DNA of 61,708 nt, the filler included, from Platydemus manokwari (Eukaryota): NCBI GenBank assembly GCA_037951405.1. It is 5 parts of 5 records of this genome, joined end to end, with 100 filler letters (N's around TTAATTAATTAA, not from the genome) between each part and the next. Parts side by side here need not be neighbours in the genome. Positions count along the whole stretch, not along the records: positions 44,717 to 61,708 come from JBBMOY011128107.1; 4 more parts are not named here. The stretch is one strand, 5' to 3'. Position 1 is the first letter of the stretch. The number at the start of each line of letters is the position of its first letter. This document shows positions 53,230-61,708 of this stretch, in pieces. The position numbers and the translations under genes were made by a program. The notes under the pieces were generated by a model. The model saw only the letters and a list, made by a program, of their open reading frames with translations, did not search any database and was not told the origin of the DNA.

Positions 53230-55114
53230 ACTTATTATTTAATATTGATATTGTCTTTAATCTAGAATGTCTTTGATATTGATATGGCTTGTTAAGTTTT
53301 ATATTAAGAATTTAAAATAAAAATTCATTATTTTTTCATTTACCTTAATATATTTCAAAATATGATTTTTAGAAATGTTTCATGTAGAATTTATATTCAG
53401 AATTTTATTATTTCAAACCCACAGTATTTAGCTGGATTATAATTTCATTCAAAATCACAATCTTAACTATGACATTTTAAAATGGTTCAAACATTATATA
53501 AAATATATAAAAAATTAAACTGATTTATTGAGTTCATCAAACAATTTTTTCAAATGCTAATTGATTTATAAATTTTTAAATACATTTTTATTTTCATATA
53601 ATTTTCAAGATAAAACATTTATCGAAATTTCTGATAGTTATTTGCCTGGCATTGTTCTACACATAATAACGTTTGAAGTTAAAACAATTGAGAAAATTTG
53701 AATGAAACAAGAACAGATTAATGAATAATTGAAATCACGTTGTAATAAAATTATAATTTTCAATGGAGTTACGGTAGTTCAGTATAAATAGAGCTAAATA
53801 GATCGATTTTCAAACTTCATTAGTAAAGTTAATCGCTTAATTAATTTAGATAGTCTCTGTTCGTTTAATTTTATAGCTCTATATTAATTTATCATGTTTT
53901 TATTTACCGCAGATAAAATCTTTGAAAATATCAATAATTTAATTAACGGATATTTTAACAAGCATACATTTAGCTTTTAGGAAGAAATATTTATTTGAAT
54001 TACAAATAAATTTTCCATACCATAAGTCCTTCCTTTATTGACATAATAGTGATGGAAACTATGGTTAAAGAAATTACATCCAATAAAGAGTGTTGGAGTT
54101 TTATCCAAAGTAAATTCGAATCCAATTCAAATTTCGTGTGTAAAAAATTAATTTTGTCTGTTTCATGTTTTGTGTTTACAAGGGATAATAGTAATGATAA
54201 TTATGATATTTGGTGTTGATTATAATAAGGTCAGTGTATAATATACAACAATATTTTATTTCATGCTTCAAAAGTATTTTAATTGATGGTATTATGAAAC
54301 AACTGTAGCAATAATTAAGTGAAATATTTTTGAAAGTTTTAAAATATCATTTAATTATGAAAAGAAATTGTAATTATCTCATCTTGTCAGATTTATGTTG
54401 CGGTTTGTATAATACTCTAAGTATGATCTTCTATTTTATTTTAAATATATTAGAATTGATACAAGCTGGAAATTTCTGTTAAATCAATGAATGACGTGAA
54501 TCTTTTTCATTCTCATTGTTTATTTCATTCAATATAAGTTGGTCTTACCCATATTAAATTAATAAAATGAAAATATTAATAAATCATTGATATTAGCGAA
54601 AACATAACTCAGGGTTTCAAATTCTGAAATAGATATAAATTAAGTGATTTCATTTCGAAAATTCCCATTAAAATCAACATTTTCTGAATTGATTGAATAC
54701 CCTATTCAATAAAAATAAATAATAGTATTGCTGATAAATTGTTGATATGGGCAGTATCGATCAAAGAATTCATTCATGATATAGAATTGAAATTTGTTGG
54801 GAATTTTTATTGATTCGATTCTCGCATTTCATGATATTAATTTCGGTGAATTCGATCGATTGATTGATGATTGATTTAGAATTGATGTTGTACCAATATT
54901 GAATGAAATTATTCAATGTCAATGTGAGATCCTTTTCGAATTTTTACACGTTTTCACATTAGTCGAATGTTAAAATTTTCATTGAGTTCGGTGATCTAAT
55001 CATGATTTTTATGTCTCGAATCGTGATTGATATGTTGAAAAGTTTCTATTGATTAAATTGATTTTTCTAGTATCGATTTTGTTATCATGGATCTGGATCA
55101 ATTTATCGAAATCT

Positions 55115-55680
55115 GTTATTGGAGTGCCGGGTTATCAATCAACAATTTAGGTCTGAAAATTGTATTAACTAAAATAATACAATCAAAGTCTCAATAACAA
55201 CAGTAACTCTGTTCACAATTCACAAAGTAAATCACTCAAAACGGGATCAGTGCTCGAATGTCAAAAACAGAATTGAAAGTAATCAAAAAGACTGATCACT
55301 AAAAATCTCACAAAGATAAGCTTAGCACTCAAGTTACCGATTAAAAAATACAGGCAGATATTCAAGGAACTAAACACTTTTATAGACCTAACGGGTGTGT
55401 CTGCTTGATGTCAAGAATCCTCGTTTTCCGTTTGATGAATTTATTTGTGGATCGATTTTCTTGAAATTTTCTTCTTATCTCTCGTGCCATTGTCCGATAT
55501 TTGATCTTGCTTAAATCCTAGCTTCTAAATATGGATTAATATTAAAACGAATCTGATTGGTTGATGGTACGTGTGTTTATCGGGTGTGTGTATTGACCCT
55601 TTTTAGGGTTCTTTCCTTGGTTCTTGTGATCCTTTGATTGGCTTGTGATATACCAAATAGAAGTATATAAGAGGTTTCCA
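55115..55680 (-). repeat. Possible solo LTR-like sequence
   Basis: Minus strand carries CCAATC boxes (~55555, ~55638) upstream of TATAAAAG (~55380) in a non-coding island with distinct composition. Confidence 0.3.
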
Positions 55681-57557
55681 AAATTCATAAAACTAATTTC
55701 ATTAGTTTTTTAATTTTTGAATAAATCTTTTGACCTGGTATTTCTATTAATGTGGATTTTGTATTAATTTGACAATCACAAACTCTTTCCATTAAACCTT
55801 TCATTCCAACCAAAGAACATTTTATTTTTTTAGTTCGCAGTAAAGCTTTATTTAACCGATAAACATCTTATAAAATCTGGGATTTTCCTCTGACATAGCA
55901 ATTGACTAATAAATTGCTGTCGATTTCGAGTTTCGATCTATTTATAAAAATTAGATTCAAAGGAAGATATTATTATCAGTATTCCTAATGACATGTATTA
56001 GGCGATTCGCTGAATAAATATGATTTATAAATTACTGATTTAGAGTAAAATCAACCCTGGATTTGCTTAGAAGAATTTAAAATAAGTGAGGCCTGAATTT
56101 AATTGTAATGGTTTTGGAGATATGTTGATGGAGATCTTAAGATGGTGATGTTAAGATGGAGATATGTTGAGTAGAGACGAAATCTCTCATAAGAAAAACG
56201 ATGTTGCACCTTGGAACCTTTATTTTAGAATTTCGAGCATTTACATGTTTACACAACCACACAGCCATAACAACCAGCCAGTCACAGCGTACATAATTGG
56301 AAAACTCAAATTCGAAAAATGAACATCTCACACAGTATCACCCACAAAATGATTGATCAATTCCGAGTACACATAATTAATAAATTCAATTGGAACTTGA
56401 GAAATAAGACCAAATCAAAACGAGATATAAAATTACAAACAAATCTCAAATTTAAATACTAATATAAAGCTGCCCAACTACTAGTTAGACACCAAGTTTT
56501 ATGTTGATTTATAAAGTTCTTGTTGAGTTCAGGGTCATTTTGTGTACGTACTGATTATACAGATTGCAATATTAGATTTTGTGCGTCTTAAAACCTCTCA
56601 TATAATTTACATAAATGCATATCCACGCAATTATAAATGTGTGATAACCAAACAATCAGAATCACTATAAAAAGAAGATTTCAATTTCAAATCTCAGTTA
56701 ACGTAGATCAATATATCAATTTGGAAATCAAAATATCCAATGAAATTGATTACAACTCTTGGCTATAAATTTTGTAACTAATATGCCCTATAGCCAGTTG
56801 AAGCCCTTAAAAAATTAATCAAGTTTTCTGTTAGTTGTTATTCGAGAACTAGTGTTCGACCAGTAAACGTTTAATTAAAATTAAGTTTAAATTTTTCATT
56901 TGATATCAGACACTATTAAACATTTGAATTACTGCCATTTCGTTTCAAAGATTAGTAAAGTTAAATACATAATTATTCGAAATAAAATTTAATATTAATA
57001 TCGTCCACCGTTTTATCAAATTGGTGATTTAAATTAAACTTGCGTTTGATTTGAAATATATTTTATAATTCAGATTTTATAAATTGTTTCAAGTGTCTTT
57101 GTTTGAATTTTCTTTCCAAATTTGATTTCCAAACTCATTAAAAAATGTTAGTAACATTTAATTTTACTTAAGGCTCAAGTTTATAAATTTTGAGCATGTT
57201 AATATCGTCATTGGGATCTGGATTATTTGTTTTAATTTGCACTCGTGTCTTTTCTTATTTCATGTATTTATTAATAGACAGAAGTTTTAATAATTGATCC
57301 ACATTATTTTTCTTACTCCGCAAAAGATATAATTATGTAAATTTGTTAATTAATAAGTTTCATTTTAAAAAATATTCTGATAGTTTTAAAGTATCCTTGA
57401 AAAATTTCTAAAAATAAATAATTATTTTATATATATATATATAGGTTTCTTATAAATAAATTTTACTTTTTTAATATGATTGAGAAAAGAAATTTTAATT
57501 TAAACTATATTTTCCATGTATTTTTAAGTTTATTTCTTTTAAGATAATTCGTTAAAT

Positions 57558-60500
57558 TCATTTCTTTAAAGTTCCGAGAGCTAGCATATAGTCACACTTG
57601 ATCATTTTTGAAGTGATACTGCTCGCAATTCTTCTCGATAATAAAAACATATGTTTTTCAAATGCTAGTGCATTAAACAGAACTCCGCAAATGTAAAGCT
57701 AAATAATATATAATTAATTCATAAATTCATATATAAATTACTGATTTTGCTTTAGTCATTTTACAAAATTGAATTCCAGTAGCTATCAACATATTGAATA
57801 TCAGATTACATAATGAATCCATCAGATCCACTTGATTAAAGTCTTCCTTCTGTATATTGTAATCTGCACTTTTTCCAAAAGCAAATATTGGCACATTGGG
57901 AGGCAATTTTCCATATGGAGATTTCTCATCTTCAGAAAACATTTCCCATACTTGAGTATCGACATTTTCTCTGTTGCCTTTACCAGCCATTTCTATTATA
58001 TTGGAAGTGTTCTAGTAGATTTTACAAACATAACATTTTTTAATATAAAATCATAATTTTTAGAATTAAAATTTTATTTCGAATGATGTTTATAAAAGGT
58101 ATGCTCACTGACAGAAATTTCAATTTGTGTTACACCACATACAAGGACAATTTCATATATTTTTTCATCACTGTTTTAAATATAATTCTAATTTAAGAAT
58201 ATTGGATAATGTAGAATTTGAGCCATCTTATTTGAAAGTGGCCGAATCCAATTATTATTCATTTCGAGAAATTTCTGATTTTGCATTTAATAATGTTTAA
58301 AATGGAAATTGAAGATAATGTATTCTGATCAATGTGTGCATATAAAACACTGCATGGATATTGTATGGAAATGCTTGGTTGTCATTCATGCTTTTATTAA
58401 TTAACAAACATGTAACTCCAATACGAATTAAAAAATTAACTTTATATAAAAAATCAAAACTCTTCATATAAATCAAATACTTATATTCGCTCTTTACCAC
58501 ATTGTTACAGATTCGTTCAATTACATTTTGCACAAATAGTTATAAAAAGGAATGAGGACCATTTAGAGAACAATCCACTTCGTTAACAATTAGAATTAAT
58601 TAATATTGATTTTCAGATATGAATATGTATATTTAATTCGTATCTTTTAAATCGATTGCATCACTTTATCAAAGTTTAACACAATTATACCGTTTTATCT
58701 AATACTATAATACTTGAACATAAATTTAACTCTTTATTAAATATTATAGTTATACCAAAAAACTGCTAAACTTTTCTCGTAACTTTAGTTTTTCTGTGCT
58801 TTCTAGATCCATTATTTATATTATTTATATTCATAGCAACTGCTCCCCGATTGGTAATTAATTTTTAATTTATGGTAAATTAAAATTTTGTGATTTCGCA
58901 ATTTCATAATGTAAATTTTTATTTCATTTTCCTTTAGGCTAATGCGGCTTAAATATTCGCATTAACTAAAATTTTTCCACTATTTTAATTCATTGATTAA
59001 AAGTAAATAATTTATTATTATTTTTCATTATTTATTATTTACAACTATTATTTATGATCTTGTCACTATCAAGTGTTATTTTTATTTAAGACGATTTCTC
59101 TAAACTTTTCTAAATTCAGTTGATATTGACTTCATATATAAGATATTTATGTAGACTTCATTTAACAGCAATCACAAATTCATTGCAAATCAATTCAGAT
59201 CGATTTAAAATGTCTGAAACACAGAAAATTTGTTCTTGTCAAAAATAACATCAACGGGTTTTGTACAGGGCTTTCAATACACTTTGCTTAGTTAAGTAAT
59301 ACAGAATAAAGATGGGATTTAGTTATGAAATTTGTTTGTTGAGTCTGAGATTAGAGCCTTTCTTGATTCCGGTGTTCAAACTTTTTGATTGCCGTTAAGG
59401 GTGCTTCCTTGTAGTCTTGCAACTCTATCTCCGCACTAGTTGTGGCTCCATAAAATTACTGTGTATTATTTCATTTAATACATCTATATGATTTATTTGA
59501 TTAATTCGGTTCTACTATTAGATTTAATTCAGAACTCCGGTGCAATTTGATCATCTATATTGGATACTGTATAGGTGAATACAATTTTTGTTGAATGATA
59601 TATTGGTTACATTGGATTTTTGTTTCATGTATAGATCATACACAGGTTTAATAAAGAACAAGGTACTGTAACTTAATATTTCTCTTATACAAGGTATAAT
59701 AGGTGCAAATCCATAGTCAAACAAAAAGTAAACATATTTATCTCCTTAGTCACTTTAAAAAATGTTCTTTTCATATTTCACTGTTCATATATTTCTAAGC
59801 ATCAAAATCTTACATTATCATCAATGAGGCATTTCGATAATCCTCCAATGGGTCCACGACCAATAAAAATTGTATCTAAAAGTTTCATAGACTTATCTTT
59901 GTTGACGAGAAAGTATCTAGTATTCGAGCCACTCATAATCAAAATTGATGGAACATTGATTTTGTTTTCATGTATTTCGGCATCGTCATCTGGTTTGAAT
60001 TCATATGCCTTTCTAAACTGAAGAATACTATTGTTATATAAGCTATTATTTAATGTAGGAATGCAGAATTAAAACAAAATTAAACATATGCTTATTTAAT
60101 TAAAACAAATAATTTAAATGATAGAATTGATTTATACAGGATAACCTAGTGCGTACGCCCTTTGGCACCCTAAAGCATGACAACATAAGGTAAAATGTAA
60201 TATCATTAACATAAATTATATAATAAATTTTTAAATTTGAACAGAGAAATTTTTGTGTAATATTGTGTAATATTTTTCAACTATTTATACTTGTTGGTAA
60301 TATGTACTTTTTATATAATAATTATAATTAATTATAATATAATTATTATTTTTAATTAATTATCAGATTGAGCTACGATCATCAGTCATACACGTAGCTC
60401 AATATGTCATCCATTGCAAATTGGGTTTTTCATTCTCCGCAGGTGATTTATCCTGAGGGCAATAATGCGTCGAAATTTATTGCCTGTAGGCGCTTTAAAA

Positions 60501-61708
60501 TCCCGTCTGGTTCTGCGTGAATTTTTAGCGATACTATAGTAATCCTGGGTTTTGGGATAGTTGATGAATTGGTCTCAAAATTGTTAAATAAACAGATGAT
60601 TATTTTCTATATTTCTTTTAGTCCGATCTGTCTCTGATCCTAGGCACTGATGAAGCCCATTGAAGGCCGAAATATGACTCCATCCGCATCATCATCACTG
60701 AAGCTATCGTTATTGAAGGCTTCGAGAGTCGGTACTATATTTCTCTGAACCGGGATACTAATGAGGCCTATGAAGGGGCGAAGTAGGACCAATTTTTTTA
60801 ACAAAAGATAGCTCATTTATATATTGTATCTTGATTACTTAACACTATTTTCATTCAGTATAAAAACAGAGTTAATAATTTATATAAAAATAATATATTG
60901 ATTTAATGTTTAAGACGTTCTCATTTTGTTACGAATGTTAACTAAATCTGAATATCAAAATTATAATAATTAATCGTAATTTCACTTGTTAAATCATCAC
61001 AATCGCGTAATCAATTTTCAATGGGATCAGCAGTAAAAAGATAAAATAAAACCATAAAAGACTGGTGGTAACTGTCCAGATATGACTTTCTTTATATTCC
61101 GATGTGGCTGTTTACTTGTTAGTCTAAAATTTTCTATTCAACTTTAGTTTGTTAGTTTGTTCTCGTCAAACTATTCGCCATTGGCTCATATCAGTGTTTG
61201 TTACATGTTGTTAATGTAAGCCATTTGATGATTATATTCAATTTATGGATTATTATTTTTGATGCTTCTAATTACCTGATTTTGTTGCACACTCAACAAT
61301 TTCCAAACAGGAAGTATTTCGACACATATTTAATGTGTACTCTCAATGTATATAATCTTTTGAGAAAATATAAAAATCATAATGCGATTTTGATGTTTAT
61401 CTAATAGAATGAATGCAGAAAATTAGCAAAAAATAAATGCAACAAGTGACCAAATACTTTCAAACTAAATTAAGAGATTCTATATTTAAACTATAAATGA
61501 TATTAAAAGTGTTAAATAATTAGTATACTTGTTTTAGCATTGGATTGTTTTCATCTACTTTATACTTATCAGCCAATGATGTCATGTCTCTAATTTTATA
61601 TTCGATATCATCCATGGTTAAATGATTGGCAACCAATTCGAATCCGTTGGATATTGCTAAGCTCTCGTCAACAACAATTACTTCTACATCAAATATAGAT
61701 TCCACAAT
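57558..61708 (-). CDS. Type II pantothenate kinase (fumble)-like, divergent; exons >61708-61529, 60017-59814, 58011-57742, 57698-57558; 5' end outside window
   Basis: All junctions phase 0, GT-AG, frame open. IVVDESLAISNG (like KLDELDCLxKG), PSILIMSGSNT (like PYLLVNIGSGV), IGRGPIGGL (like LGGGTFFGL), EMAGKGNRENVD (like EMASRGDSTKVD), AFGK (like SSFG), DLMDSL, DYMLALGTL* (like GYFGAVGAL). Confidence 0.82.
60439..60792 (+). ncRNA. Cluster of minimal hammerhead-ribozyme-like cores (Penelope/retrozyme-type), probably decayed
   Basis: CTGATGA(60647)-AGCC-loop-GGCC-GAAA(60669); second copy CTAATGA(60758)-GGCC...GGGC-GAAG 111 nt later, each preceded by TCTCTGA; third degenerate core CTGAGG..GCA-ATAA-TGC..CGAAA enclosed by a 9-bp stem (60439-60487). 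Confidence 0.55.

Noticed and set aside
58297-58533. 78-aa minus-strand ORF within the PanK locus
   Set aside because: PanK exons join in frame without it and it has no recognisable motif; treated as intronic.
1-61708. CRISPR arrays, rRNA, tRNA, prokaryotic operons
   Set aside because: None seen; the window is intron-containing eukaryotic DNA.

Overview
AT-rich, intron-containing animal scaffold; many 43-75 nt introns and the transposon mix suggest an invertebrate, possibly a flatworm or other spiralian (inference only). It is built from contigs joined by four 100-nt spacers (44N-TTAATTAATTAA-44N) and one 269-N gap. Host genes rebuilt by hand from splice sites: a complete 7-exon CRAL-TRIO gene (-), a 1.5-kb exon of a receptor guanylyl cyclase (-), an MPPED-like metallophosphoesterase exon (+), a KCBP-like kinesin-14 whose last motor exons are missing from the window (+), a Death-domain terminal exon (+), a divergent type II pantothenate kinase (-, runs off the window), and a small unknown spliced gene (+). 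Mobile DNA: two opposed Ty3/gypsy relics, a ~6.3-kb decayed RLE non-LTR retrotransposon with zinc fingers, a Ulp1-like protease, RT, CCHC and PD-(D/E)xK endonuclease (NeSL-type layout), a Polinton/Maverick polymerase relic, mariner, pogo and hAT fragments, and a hAT MITE. Most notable: the protease-bearing retroelement, a cluster of hammerhead-ribozyme-like cores in a PanK intron, and two enzymes with altered active-site motifs. All calls come from manual motif reading; no searches were run.
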